64,000 nt of DNA. Origin: a virus. The stretch lies in the IMG/VR virus record IMGVR_UViG_3300044712_000336, positions 32,001 through 96,000 of that record, one strand, 5' to 3'. Shown here in pieces: positions 1 to 10,516 of the stretch. Under the pieces are notes generated by a model that made no database searches, was not told where the DNA came from, and saw nothing but the letters and a program-made list of their open reading frames with translations. A program made the translations under genes and the position numbers. Position 1 is the first letter of the stretch; each line of letters opens with the position of its first letter.

Positions 1-1
1 G

Positions 2-523
2 TACGTATCAAAAGAATTAGCTCTGATATTGAAAAAGAAAGGATTACCTCAAGGTAGTAAAAATAAATACCATGAAGTTAAAGATGGACAACCATGCAAT
101 AAAACATGTTTTAATCATATAACTCACCCTTGTGAACATTGTGGTAGATTAAATGGTATATATTATCCACAAAATGAAGAAGTAATAGATTGGGTATTTG
201 AATGGGCTAATACAATGGAGTGTGATTTGAAAGATAATACAGAATGGTTACAATTCTGGTATACTATATTACTTGAACATAAATTCAGTTTAATGTATGA
301 GTTTATTGGAAGATTAGAAGAATGGTTTGAAAATAATGATGTAATAGTTTATCCTGTTATAGCGCATAGAGAAACTATTGGTAATTATTGGGGGTATTAT
401 ATAAATACTAATGCAAAATTCGTAGGTAAATTTAATTATGATGATGAATTTCCCACTAAAAAACAAGCTAAACATGAAGCAATACGTAAATGTTTTGAAT
501 TATTAAAAATAAAACATGATTAA
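2..523 (+). CDS. 5'-truncated conserved Bacteroidota-phage hypothetical protein with Cys/His insert; paralogue of 22082..22507
   Basis: Frame is open from base 2 (YVSKELALILKKKG), matching LISIETAKLAKKAN of 22082..22507; C-terminal TKKQAKHEAIRKCFELL resembles YEEALEDGLQEVLKLI; CxxxCxxHxxHPCxxC insert. Confidence 0.6.
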   Translation, partial: YVSKELALILKKKGLPQGSKNKYHEVKDGQPCNKTCFNHITHPCEHCGRLNGIYYPQNEEVIDWVFEWANTMECDLKDNTEWLQFWYTILLEHKFSLMYEFIGRLEEWFENNDVIVYPVIAHRETIGNYWGYYINTNAKFVGKFNYDDEFPTKKQAKHEAIRKCFELLKIKHD

Positions 524-784
524 ATGGATACATTTAAAAAATTAAAAGCAGAACTAGAACCATTTAAAAATACATTAGTAATAGATGACTTTGATAAAAT
601 TGTACGATTAGTTGATGTTATTGATGGTGAAGATGATTATTATTGGGTATATGATTCACGTAAAGGAATATATCATTCTTCTTGTGTAGGAGGATGGACA
701 CCTTTGAAAGGGTTTATTAAACAAGAAGATTATGATAGAATGGTTCGTATATGGAATCTAAATAATATAGAAAAAGCTATATAA
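524..784 (+). CDS. hypothetical protein
   Basis: 86-aa ORF tightly packed in the operon. Confidence 0.7.
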   Translation: MDTFKKLKAELEPFKNTLVIDDFDKIVRLVDVIDGEDDYYWVYDSRKGIYHSSCVGGWTPLKGFIKQEDYDRMVRIWNLNNIEKAI

Positions 785-785
785 T

Positions 786-1430
786 ATGTGGCAAGAACTA
801 GAACCTATTAATACTATATTATTAGATAGATTATATAAAAAAGGTAATGTATTACCACCAAAAGAAGATGTATTTAAAGTATTTGATTACGTATGTCTTT
901 CAGAAGTTAAGATTATAGTCATTTCCCAAGATCCATACCCTACTATTGGTGATGCACATGGTATTGCATTTAGTACTCTTAATCCTAAACCACCAAAATC
1001 ATTAGTTAATATATTCAATAAATTAAAAGAATATAACCCAGATGTAAAGCTTAAAAGTAATAACTTAACTGAATGGGTTAAACAAGGTATATTCTTATAT
1101 AACACATCATTAACTATTGAACCAGGTAAGATAGGACATTTCCTTCATTGGAAAAACTTTACTAATCTAGTATTATCTCTACTTAACCAACAAGATAGGC
1201 CTATATTATGGGTATTAATGGGTAATCATGCAATAGAATTTGAACATATAATCACAAATCCTAAACATGAGATATTACGAACTACACATCCATCACCATT
1301 AGGTTATAAGAAAGTACATACTCGTAATGATGTATTAACATTTAATAAAATTAATATCTTTAAAATTATGGATGAATTTGATAGAAAACATTATAAACAA
1401 CATATTCCTATATCATGGAACACGTATTAA
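786..1430 (+). CDS. ung: uracil-DNA glycosylase (family 1)
   Basis: SQDPYP, AHGIAFS, PKSLVNI, WVKQGIFLYNT and HPSPL motifs. Confidence 0.93.
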   Translation: MWQELEPINTILLDRLYKKGNVLPPKEDVFKVFDYVCLSEVKIIVISQDPYPTIGDAHGIAFSTLNPKPPKSLVNIFNKLKEYNPDVKLKSNNLTEWVKQGIFLYNTSLTIEPGKIGHFLHWKNFTNLVLSLLNQQDRPILWVLMGNHAIEFEHIITNPKHEILRTTHPSPLGYKKVHTRNDVLTFNKINIFKIMDEFDRKHYKQHIPISWNTY

Positions 1431-2050
1431 ATCCTGTTTCAGATAATGTTGAAAGATTAATTAAGATATATACTAATAATGTAAAAGTAGTAACTGTTAC
1501 TAAGAAAGATGATTTAGGTATATCTTACGAAGAAAAGGAAATAACAGATGTTCCTTTATTAAGAAGAGATGAGGAATTAATGGATAGATATTTACTTAAA
1601 TCTTATTCAGAATACCAAGAGTATATATCAAAATTCTCTCGAAATAATAAAAGAGATATATTAATAAGATTAGATATACTATCAATAGATGGTGATAAAT
1701 TCCAAATTGAGTATATTAATATTAGATCACCTAAAGATATACTAGAAAAAGTATATCAAGACTTTGATATGAATGGTATTCCAGTAAAGGAAATATTCAT
1801 ACGTTCAGTAACAGATATAACATCAAGATTTAGTATTAAAGATATAATTGATATTTTTACTAAATATAATGAATATAAACTTACTCATAGTAATAATGAA
1901 GTAAGATTATATATACAAAAGTTATCTAAAAATATTGCAGATTTAGTTATGTTCCTTGAAGGTGTTATAACTAATAGACAGCTTGATAATATTAAAAGTG
2001 TAGATAAAGATGATGAATCATTAATTGAAGATGATAATGAACTTTTCTGA
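1415..2050 (+). CDS. hypothetical protein
   Basis: 211-aa ORF overlapping neighbours, acidic C-terminus. Confidence 0.65.
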   Translation: MEHVLNPVSDNVERLIKIYTNNVKVVTVTKKDDLGISYEEKEITDVPLLRRDEELMDRYLLKSYSEYQEYISKFSRNNKRDILIRLDILSIDGDKFQIEYINIRSPKDILEKVYQDFDMNGIPVKEIFIRSVTDITSRFSIKDIIDIFTKYNEYKLTHSNNEVRLYIQKLSKNIADLVMFLEGVITNRQLDNIKSVDKDDESLIEDDNELF

Positions 2051-4157
2051 TTATAATTATTATACATTTGATTGGGAAATTAAACCAAATTATGCTTGTG
2101 TAGTATTTAAAAGTAAAGCAGATACTTATGCAACATTTAGAATATATAATTCAAGTAATCCAGATAGTTCCTATAGTAGAAATGATATTAAGAAAATATT
2201 AGGATTACTTCAACATATAATAAGAACAGAAAGTATAATAATTTCCTATAATGGAATAGAATATGATAATCTTATTAATAATTATCTTATAAATAATCAG
2301 AATAAATTACGTGATGCTAATGCTGATTATATAACTAAATTATTATGGGAATACAATAATAAGATTATAAATACAGAAAGACATTATAGTAAAGATAAAT
2401 ATTTCAAATTTATAGATATATATAAAATGAGTGGTTTACATAAGAAGTATAAATCACTAAAAGAAGCACTAATTAATATAAAATGGCATAAAATACAAGA
2501 TTTTCCATTATCATTTAATACACCAATGGAAGATGAACATATAGATATGTTTGAATTATATTGTAAAAATGATGTTGATGGATTAGATGCTTTACGTATA
2601 TTTCTACAAAAACAAATTGATGATAGATTTGCAATATATAAACATACAGGAAATGTTAATGTAATAACTGCTGATGAAAGTAAGTTAGGTGATATAGAAT
2701 TTGAACGTATGTATTGTGAAGAATTAGGTGTATTACCTGACGATATAAAATCATTACGTACAAATAGAGGAATAATAAAATTATCAGAAGTAATTCAATC
2801 TAATGTTAAATTTAATAGTAAAAAAATGAATTTAATATTAGAACAATTACAAAATATAGAAGTGAATTGTGATATGAATATAACTAAACTTACATATGAT
2901 ATACCAACTTTTGAATATGGTGGAATTGCAATACAACTAGGTGCCGGAGGTATCCATTCCGTAGATAAAGGTAATATATTCATTACGACTGATATTTATA
3001 AGATAAAAGATATTGATGTAGCATCTGAATATCCAAATGCTATAGTAAAAATGAATGTTATTCCAGAACATATAAAACAATTAGAGAAAGAGTTAGGTAA
3101 GAATGTATTTATTCCATTAATGGAAAGAATTATAAAAGAGAGAATTGAGTTTAAACATGCTGGAATAGATAGTAAAGCATATTTATATAAAATTATGCTT
3201 AATTCAAGATATGGTAAGTTAGGAAGTATAGATAGTTGGTTATATGATAGAAAATGTGTGCTACAAGTTACTATTAACTGTCAATTATATATGTTAATGT
3301 TAGTTGAAATGTTAGTAGATGCAGGAATACAGGTAATATCTATGAATACTGATGGAATAACTTGTAAATTACATATTGATCAAATTGATAAGTATAGAGA
3401 AATATATCATAATTGGGAAAAATATACAGGATTTCAATTAGAGGAAAATGAGTATATCAAATATATAAGAATGGATATTAATGCTTATATTGCTACATAT
3501 ATAGATAAAGGAAAACTTAAAATAAAACGTAAAGGTAGATTAAATAAAGATTTAGCTACTGATGATTTACGTAAAGCATTTGATATGCCAGTTATTCCAT
3601 TAGCAGTAGAACAATATTTTCTAAATAATATTCCTGTAGTAGAAACAATTACCAATCATAAAGATATATATGATTTTTGTACATCTCAAAAGATTGATAA
3701 AAAGTTTCAAAATAAGATAAGATATATAAATCTTAATGGAACTAATAAAGAAGAAAATATACAAAGATCTGTTAGATTTTATGTAAGTAAAAATGGATAT
3801 AAGTTATATAAAGTTGATTTAGTAAAAAAGAAAGAGTTAGATACTCAAGAAGATGTTATATTACATACTAATGGAAATAGTATGAGTATTAGTAATAGAA
3901 AACTTTTAGTAGGTAAAAAAGAAAAAATACTACATAAAAGAGATACATTTAATACTAATGGTTATACTGATCATTGTGCAGGACAATTTGTTACATTACT
4001 TAATGATTATATTGAATATGATGAATTTAAGAAATATAATATTAATTATGATTATTATATAAATGAAGCAAATAAACTTATACAACAGATAAAACATGAG
4101 AATAATATAACTAAACAAATGTCAATTGAAATACCAACACAATTAAGATTATTTTAA
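2025..4157 (+). CDS. polB: DNA polymerase family B with 3'-5' exonuclease (crAss-type)
   Basis: Exo motifs FDWE, YNGIEYD, YCKNDV; polymerase motifs DIDVASEYPN, KIMLNSRYGK, SMNTDG. Confidence 0.92.
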   Translation: MKMIMNFSDYNYYTFDWEIKPNYACVVFKSKADTYATFRIYNSSNPDSSYSRNDIKKILGLLQHIIRTESIIISYNGIEYDNLINNYLINNQNKLRDANADYITKLLWEYNNKIINTERHYSKDKYFKFIDIYKMSGLHKKYKSLKEALINIKWHKIQDFPLSFNTPMEDEHIDMFELYCKNDVDGLDALRIFLQKQIDDRFAIYKHTGNVNVITADESKLGDIEFERMYCEELGVLPDDIKSLRTNRGIIKLSEVIQSNVKFNSKKMNLILEQLQNIEVNCDMNITKLTYDIPTFEYGGIAIQLGAGGIHSVDKGNIFITTDIYKIKDIDVASEYPNAIVKMNVIPEHIKQLEKELGKNVFIPLMERIIKERIEFKHAGIDSKAYLYKIMLNSRYGKLGSIDSWLYDRKCVLQVTINCQLYMLMLVEMLVDAGIQVISMNTDGITCKLHIDQIDKYREIYHNWEKYTGFQLEENEYIKYIRMDINAYIATYIDKGKLKIKRKGRLNKDLATDDLRKAFDMPVIPLAVEQYFLNNIPVVETITNHKDIYDFCTSQKIDKKFQNKIRYINLNGTNKEENIQRSVRFYVSKNGYKLYKVDLVKKKELDTQEDVILHTNGNSMSISNRKLLVGKKEKILHKRDTFNTNGYTDHCAGQFVTLLNDYIEYDEFKKYNINYDYYINEANKLIQQIKHENNITKQMSIEIPTQLRLF

Positions 4158-4160
4158 ATT

Positions 4161-4349
4161 ATGAAAAATATATTAAAAAACATATTTAATACAATAACTA
4201 TTCCTATATTATTGTATTTATCTATAGCATTTGTTAATTATAGTATAGATCCATATTGCTGGGGGATAGGGGGTAGATATATATTTGTATGTATAGCTTT
4301 AATATGGGCTATAGGATATCAAATATTAACTAAAATAAATAATGATTAA
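4161..4349 (+). CDS. small membrane protein (two hydrophobic helices)
   Basis: Two ~20-aa hydrophobic stretches. Confidence 0.6.
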   Translation: MKNILKNIFNTITIPILLYLSIAFVNYSIDPYCWGIGGRYIFVCIALIWAIGYQILTKINND

Positions 4350-4352
4350 ATT

Positions 4353-4565
4353 ATGAGATTAAAATCAGCAAAGAGAAGTGAACCTAAATGTGAAATTCCC
4401 TTATTAGTGGAATATAAAGGTCATTTATGGTTAGGTAGAAGATATTATCCTAGATATTATCATCCTTTAGATAAAAAGTATAAAGGTAGATATAAATTAT
4501 ACAATAATTATGGTGAATCAAGAACTGTATGGAAACATGATAATATAAAATATAAATATGTATAG
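4353..4565 (+). CDS. small basic Tyr-rich hypothetical protein
   Basis: ORF track, operon packing. Confidence 0.55.
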   Translation: MRLKSAKRSEPKCEIPLLVEYKGHLWLGRRYYPRYYHPLDKKYKGRYKLYNNYGESRTVWKHDNIKYKYV

Positions 4566-4776
4566 TTCACCAGAAAATGAACATGAGTTAGAAGTAATGG
4601 CTACTATTAATATACAATGTTGTATTACATGTATTGTTGATAGAAATACTTTAAAAGATGAGGAACTAGTATTATCAATAAAGGAACAAGCATTACTCCA
4701 AACTAAACAATATATAGAAGAATCATTAAATAAAAGAAATATTTATGTATCTAACATAATAATTGAAAATGAGTAA
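4558..4776 (+). CDS. hypothetical protein
   Basis: ORF track, operon packing. Confidence 0.55.
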   Translation: MYSSPENEHELEVMATINIQCCITCIVDRNTLKDEELVLSIKEQALLQTKQYIEESLNKRNIYVSNIIIENE

Positions 4777-5041
4777 AATATCAATAGAAGTAGAAGAAAA
4801 AGTAATATCTACAAAAGAAGTAGAATTACCATTATATTTAAAACAAGATTGTCATTATTATAAAGTATTAGATAATGTGCATTCTTTATATATAACATAT
4901 TTAGAAGATTGTTTTTGTGATATAGGGAAATGTAGTACTAAATTAGCATTAAACAACTCTGAAGATAAAGAAATTATTACTAAAGAAGAGTTTGATAGTA
5001 TGTTCCATGAAGTAGTAAGTAAATTAACTACGTTATTATAA
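4763..5041 (+). CDS. hypothetical protein
   Basis: ORF track, operon packing. Confidence 0.55.
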   Translation: MKMSKISIEVEEKVISTKEVELPLYLKQDCHYYKVLDNVHSLYITYLEDCFCDIGKCSTKLALNNSEDKEIITKEEFDSMFHEVVSKLTTLL

Positions 5042-5063
5042 GTATTAACATAATTAAACAATA

Positions 5064-5531
5064 ATGAAGAAATGGATAATATTAATTTTAATAACAATTC
5101 TATCATCAAATAAAGGAACACAGTATAACCAAGATATTATAATATACTATCCAGAAAGTGTATCAATTTATGATATAATATCCACACATATAAAGGAATA
5201 TGAAGGATTACATATTAATAATAAGTATTATATTGGATATGGTCATAGAATATTAAACAAAAATGATCATAATATAACTAATTTCGATAGTTTACTTATT
5301 ATTGATTTAAAGAAGAATATAAGTGAATTTAATATGTATAAAGATAGTATTCCATTAGGTATATTATCATATAACATAGGATGTACAAAATTACGTAATT
5401 CTGGTATACTTAAAGTATTACATATTCCATTAATGAGAGATAGTATATGGTTATCTTATATATACTATAATGGAAAACTTAATAAAAAAATGTTAGAAAG
5501 AAGAAAGTTTGAATTAAACTTAATTAAATAA
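5064..5531 (+). CDS. lysozyme-like (GH24-type) protein with N-terminal signal/anchor
   Basis: IKEYEG, YYIGYGH, LSYNIG, LERRKFE motifs; MKKWIILILITIL leader. Confidence 0.7.
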   Translation: MKKWIILILITILSSNKGTQYNQDIIIYYPESVSIYDIISTHIKEYEGLHINNKYYIGYGHRILNKNDHNITNFDSLLIIDLKKNISEFNMYKDSIPLGILSYNIGCTKLRNSGILKVLHIPLMRDSIWLSYIYYNGKLNKKMLERRKFELNLIK

Positions 5532-5532
5532 T

Positions 5533-5685
5533 ATGATAGCAAAAATAAAAATTGAATTAGATATTACAGATTGGGAAGAATATAATCTTACTATTCTTGA
5601 AATGGAGGATATATTAGATAATGAGTTAAGTGTTATATGTGAAAAGTATGGTTATATTAATAATATAAAAATAAATATAGAATAA
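5533..5685 (+). CDS. 50-aa acidic hypothetical protein (not in ORF track)
   Basis: MIAKIKIELDITDWEEY...NIKINIE fills the gap between neighbouring genes. Confidence 0.55.
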   Translation: MIAKIKIELDITDWEEYNLTILEMEDILDNELSVICEKYGYINNIKINIE

Positions 5686-5686
5686 T

Positions 5687-7660
5687 ATGAAAAAAGCAAG
5701 ATTAAAAATTAATTATTATTGTGATAATGAACCTACTTGTTATAAACAAGGTGATATTATAGAGTTTTCAGATAAACATAATATGTATTGTTATCTAAGA
5801 TATATGAATAAATCAGGATTAAGTAAAGAATTTGTAGAATCAAATCCTGATATATTTGAAGTATTTGAAGAAAAAAGTGCTGAAGAATTAGCTAATGAAC
5901 TGGGATTCAAAATTAGTGATAAATGTTATTACAAATTATGTTACTTTGGAGAAATTTTATCATTTGATATTGATGCTGGTAATGTATATGCAAATTTCAA
6001 AAATAAACAAGATTGTGCATATTTACGTAATATTACTAATAAAGTAGCAATATATTGTCCTACTAAAGAAGATTTTGAATTTACGATTAAACAATTAAAT
6101 AGAAGTAAGGGATTAATATATGACAATGATTATAAATATTTTCCAATAAATAGTAGTTTAATGTTAAATGAGAATAATATTGATGATTATTTGATTCTAT
6201 CAATAGATGAATATTGTAAATCACAAGGAATTGAACCATTATTTGTAACTGAAGATAAAATTAATATTTGGTATAAAAAAGAATTATGGGTAATAGATGA
6301 TAATAGTATAAGAAAAGTAGATTTACATTATGCTACAATTCCATATTTACAAGAGTATAAAGTATTTAGTACAGAACAAGCAGCTAAAGACTATTTAGAA
6401 TCTATTAAACCTAAATTTGAAGTAGATAAATGGTATAGTAGTAAAATATATGGTTATATGTGTTATATGTATTATAATAAGCATAATAATTTAGATGGAT
6501 ATCCAGGGTATATTGACGCAATATGGAATGATCATTTAATTTATATAAAAGGTTTAAAGGATTTTAATTGGAAACCTGCTGATATAGACAAAGTAAAAGA
6601 ATTATTACTTAATGAGTGTAAAAAGAGATTTCCTATTGGAACTAAAGTAAGATGTTTATGCGATGATAGAGAATATATAATTAAAACACATAGTTATGAC
6701 CCTTTAATTGAAAGAAATAAAATGAAATTTTGGGGAACAGATATAAGGAGAAATATTGTACTTTTATATAAAGAAGGTAAATTTGCTGAAATTATATCAC
6801 CATCTTGTATAAAATGGTTAGCAGACAAATTTCAAGTATTAAAACTTGAACCTTATTTAGATGAAAAACCAACTAGTTTAAAAGGTAAATTCTTTGATAC
6901 TGAAAAAGAAGCTATTGAATACCATAAAAGTTTACAACCTAAGAATGTAGTAGAAGTTGAGATACCAAAGGGATATAAATATTCACATCAAACATTTGCA
7001 ATAGTACACGATGGTTCAAGACCTATTACTGATGATAGTATAGTAGTTAAATCTACATATTTTAAAAAACAATCTATTAAATCATGTAAAACTTGTTTAT
7101 TTGAATTACATAATTTAGGACAAACTGCAAATAGACCTTGTGATGCTTGTAATAATTTCCTAAAATCTAATAAAACTTCATACTGGCAATCTAAACAAGA
7201 TTTATCTAACACTAAAATATTTATTGGTGATAATCATAAATTAAGTGAATTAGTACAAAAGAAAGCATTTGAATTAGGTTGGGAAGGATATTATACTAAT
7301 CAAATTAAATTTGATAGAAATAATTTATGGTTATTTTTTGATAATAATAAAATGATTAGTTGGGAATTTACAAATAAACCTAGTAATTTATATATAGAAA
7401 TAACACCACAAGATTTAGGTATAAAAGAAAAAGATTATAAAGTAATATTAACTACTGAAGATAGTTTAAATATTTATTATAAATGTCATCCTGATATTTA
7501 CTATGTAAATATAAATACTTTAACTTCTGGTATAGATAAAGCTAATACTTTATATAGCCCTAATAAAATAAATTTTAAATATTTTTCTACTAAACAAGCA
7601 GCAGAAAAATATATCTTTGGTAAAAAACTTGAAGAATTAAAACAACAATACAATCAATAA
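5687..7660 (+). CDS. 657-aa mosaic hypothetical protein with internal repeats
   Basis: Repeated F[SD]TxxxAxxY module, twice preceded by TED; CxxC..CxxC site. Confidence 0.75.
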   Translation: MKKARLKINYYCDNEPTCYKQGDIIEFSDKHNMYCYLRYMNKSGLSKEFVESNPDIFEVFEEKSAEELANELGFKISDKCYYKLCYFGEILSFDIDAGNVYANFKNKQDCAYLRNITNKVAIYCPTKEDFEFTIKQLNRSKGLIYDNDYKYFPINSSLMLNENNIDDYLILSIDEYCKSQGIEPLFVTEDKINIWYKKELWVIDDNSIRKVDLHYATIPYLQEYKVFSTEQAAKDYLESIKPKFEVDKWYSSKIYGYMCYMYYNKHNNLDGYPGYIDAIWNDHLIYIKGLKDFNWKPADIDKVKELLLNECKKRFPIGTKVRCLCDDREYIIKTHSYDPLIERNKMKFWGTDIRRNIVLLYKEGKFAEIISPSCIKWLADKFQVLKLEPYLDEKPTSLKGKFFDTEKEAIEYHKSLQPKNVVEVEIPKGYKYSHQTFAIVHDGSRPITDDSIVVKSTYFKKQSIKSCKTCLFELHNLGQTANRPCDACNNFLKSNKTSYWQSKQDLSNTKIFIGDNHKLSELVQKKAFELGWEGYYTNQIKFDRNNLWLFFDNNKMISWEFTNKPSNLYIEITPQDLGIKEKDYKVILTTEDSLNIYYKCHPDIYYVNINTLTSGIDKANTLYSPNKINFKYFSTKQAAEKYIFGKKLEELKQQYNQ

Positions 7661-8313
7661 TGGTTTATATTGATAGTATCCCATTAATTTCACAAAGTAA
7701 TGGTTTAACATCATTAGAAACAATTTTCCTTTATAGTATATATAATGGTAATATCAAATTTAAAAATGAGATTATAGAAGAATTAACTCAAGCAAGTTTA
7801 ACTAAATTAGCTAAACAAGGATATTTATTATCAGATGTTCCTGTAGTACATGATATGAGTAAAATTAGATCATTATTCCTACAATATGAAGATAATAATA
7901 AAAATGTTCCTGTACTAGATAATAATGTATATAATGTTGACAACTGGATAGATACATATCGTAAATTATTCAAAGGTAAATGTTTTAAAGCAGTACCAAT
8001 GGGTAATAGGCAAACATGTATAGTAAGAATGAAATGGTTCTTAAATAAATATCCAGATTATGCAGATATTGAATTAATTAAACAAGCTACTGAATTAGGA
8101 ATATCTACAATTACATCTAAATATGGTAAAGATTATGTACCACAAGCAGATAACTTTATAGTCGTAGATGAATATAAAACTAGTGGTGGATTTGGTATTG
8201 CTAGTAAATTATATAAAGCAGGTAAAGAATATTTAGTTAATTATTGTGAGATGATCACTGAAGGAAATATTGTTGAAGATAATAATAGACCAATATCTAG
8301 TATTGATTTATGA
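7660..8313 (+). CDS. replication-associated protein (putative helicase loader/initiator)
   Basis: Translationally coupled upstream of DnaB-like gene; function inferred from position only. Confidence 0.5.
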   Translation: MVYIDSIPLISQSNGLTSLETIFLYSIYNGNIKFKNEIIEELTQASLTKLAKQGYLLSDVPVVHDMSKIRSLFLQYEDNNKNVPVLDNNVYNVDNWIDTYRKLFKGKCFKAVPMGNRQTCIVRMKWFLNKYPDYADIELIKQATELGISTITSKYGKDYVPQADNFIVVDEYKTSGGFGIASKLYKAGKEYLVNYCEMITEGNIVEDNNRPISSIDL

Positions 8314-9398
8314 TATATGATAGAGTAAAAGAGTTAGCAATTAAGAATAAGAAATTAAGAGAAGCTGATAAATTAGTATGTATTCCATTTAATAAAGTAT
8401 TACCAAGATTTAGTACTTTAATCCCTGGAATTATAAAAGAAAGATATATAATTGTTACAGCCAACAGTAAAGTAGGTAAAAGTAAATTAACTGATTTCTT
8501 ATTCCTTTACACACCATATAAAGTATTATATGAGCAATATAAAGGTAAATCTAATATTAAATTAAAGATATTTTATTTTACATTAGAATTATCTAAAGAA
8601 AAAAAGATAGCTGAATTATTAGCATATAAATTATATGAGGATAAAAAGTTAAATTTAGATATACAACGTATTAATAGTATGTTTGATGATTACATACTTA
8701 CTGATGAAGTTGTTGGTTATATGGAGGAATATAATGAATGGTTTAAACAATTTGAAACTATAGTAGAATTTATAGATGATATAAGAAATCCTTTTGGTAT
8801 ATACAATCATGTCCGTAGTTATGCTGAATCTCATGGAAAATATGTAAAAAAGACTATAAAGATAGATAAAAAAGATGTAGAAGTAGAAGATTATTATATA
8901 CCAGATGATCCAGATGAACATGTTATAATAATAACAGACCATGTTGGATTATTAACACCTGAAGCTAAGGATAATAATGATGTAAGGACTGCTATAGGAA
9001 GATTTAGTAAAGAATATTGTTTAAAGATGAGAGATAGATGGAAATATACAGTAGTTAATGTACAACAACAAACCTTAGCACAAGAAGGTGTTGATAATAT
9101 AAAATTAAATAAATTACAACCATCTGCTGCTGGATTAGGTGTAAATAAAGAAACAAGTCAAGATGCTAATTTAATATTAGGATTATTTAGTCCAGCTAGA
9201 CATGATATTTCATCATATAAAGGTATAGATATTACTAGATTAGGTGATTCATATAGAGAATTATCTGTAATATATAATAGAGATGGTAGTATGGCTGAAG
9301 TAGGGTTGTTTTTTAATGGTGCAGTTAATTACTTTGAAGAATTACCAAAAAATATAAAAGATACAGATTATCCAAGATATTTAAAAATGTTAAAATAA
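8310..9398 (+). CDS. dnaB: DnaB-like replicative helicase (SF4)
   Basis: ANSKVGKS Walker A, FTLE, IIITDHVGLL Walker B, VQQQ, QDANLILGL, YNRDG. Confidence 0.85.
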   Translation: MIYDRVKELAIKNKKLREADKLVCIPFNKVLPRFSTLIPGIIKERYIIVTANSKVGKSKLTDFLFLYTPYKVLYEQYKGKSNIKLKIFYFTLELSKEKKIAELLAYKLYEDKKLNLDIQRINSMFDDYILTDEVVGYMEEYNEWFKQFETIVEFIDDIRNPFGIYNHVRSYAESHGKYVKKTIKIDKKDVEVEDYYIPDDPDEHVIIITDHVGLLTPEAKDNNDVRTAIGRFSKEYCLKMRDRWKYTVVNVQQQTLAQEGVDNIKLNKLQPSAAGLGVNKETSQDANLILGLFSPARHDISSYKGIDITRLGDSYRELSVIYNRDGSMAEVGLFFNGAVNYFEELPKNIKDTDYPRYLKMLK

Positions 9399-9404
9399 TA
9401 AAAA

Positions 9405-10502
9405 ATGAAAGTATTACAACAAGGTAGTATATATGATTTTATTGACAATTCTATTAATGTTAATTTATTAAATGAATTACCAATAGGTATTTATGATGTA
9501 GTTTCTACAATAAGAGGATTAATGCTTCAAAAAAGAGAAATTTCTATATTTGAAGATATAACTAAAAGTTATGGAAAATTACCATTATTACGAGAAAAAT
9601 TTAAAACTGAAATTAGTTATTATGATAAATTGGGTATATTATTACTAGGTGAAAAAGGCTCTGGTAAAAGTTTATTAGCTAAACAAATATGTAATGATAG
9701 TAATTTACCTATTGTAATAGTTAAAGAGTCTTTTGAAGGTTCTGAATTAAGTGATATATTAAATAATATACCTAATAAATTTATTTTATTTATAGATGAA
9801 TTTGAGAAGCTATTTTCTACAAATAGTAAAGAAAAGAATAATCCACAAGATAAATTTTTATCTATTTTAGATGGAAATGATACTTCTAAATTTATTACGT
9901 TATTAACAGCTAATGATGAAAATAAAATTAATTCTTATTTCAAGAACAGAACTAAAAGAATTAAATATTTTATTGAATTTGAAGTACTGAATAAACAAGA
10001 TGTAGAAGAAGTTCTTATAGATATGAATATTGATAAAGAAATACAAAGTAAGATTATTAATATTCATAGAATTGTTGGAGAATTAAATTATGATGTATTA
10101 ATGGAAGTTATTAACGAATTTAAACGTTACCCTAATTATTCATTAAATGATATTTTATATTTTCTAAATATAGAAATAAAGGAAAGTGAGTATAATTTAA
10201 CAGTTTATTCAGATATTAACGGTAAAGAAGAACCAATTGCAATAGATAAAATTGTATGTAACCCTTATTTAGATATAAATATAGACATATACCCTAGATC
10301 AAAAGGGGATTATATTGTAAATTCTAAGGATAATACTATTAATATTGATGAAACGTTTGATAATAGTAAATATTCAATTATAACAGATAATAATTGTGTT
10401 AGACTTACTTTAAAAGAAGAGTATAGTAAACAAGGAGTTGATTTTGGTAAATTAGAATTTATACTAACACCTTATTTCCCAAACATAAAATTAGCAATTT
10501 AA
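9405..10502 (+). CDS. AAA+ ATPase
   Basis: GEKGSGKS Walker A, LFIDEFEK Walker B, LTAN sensor-1, NRTKR. Confidence 0.85.
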   Translation: MKVLQQGSIYDFIDNSINVNLLNELPIGIYDVVSTIRGLMLQKREISIFEDITKSYGKLPLLREKFKTEISYYDKLGILLLGEKGSGKSLLAKQICNDSNLPIVIVKESFEGSELSDILNNIPNKFILFIDEFEKLFSTNSKEKNNPQDKFLSILDGNDTSKFITLLTANDENKINSYFKNRTKRIKYFIEFEVLNKQDVEEVLIDMNIDKEIQSKIINIHRIVGELNYDVLMEVINEFKRYPNYSLNDILYFLNIEIKESEYNLTVYSDINGKEEPIAIDKIVCNPYLDINIDIYPRSKGDYIVNSKDNTINIDETFDNSKYSIITDNNCVRLTLKEEYSKQGVDFGKLEFILTPYFPNIKLAI

Positions 10503-10516
10503 TAATAAATAATAAC

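Noticed and set aside
2025-9398. Introns or inteins in PolB or helicase
   Set aside because: ORFs are uninterrupted and of normal length, with no intein splice or homing-endonuclease motifs seen.
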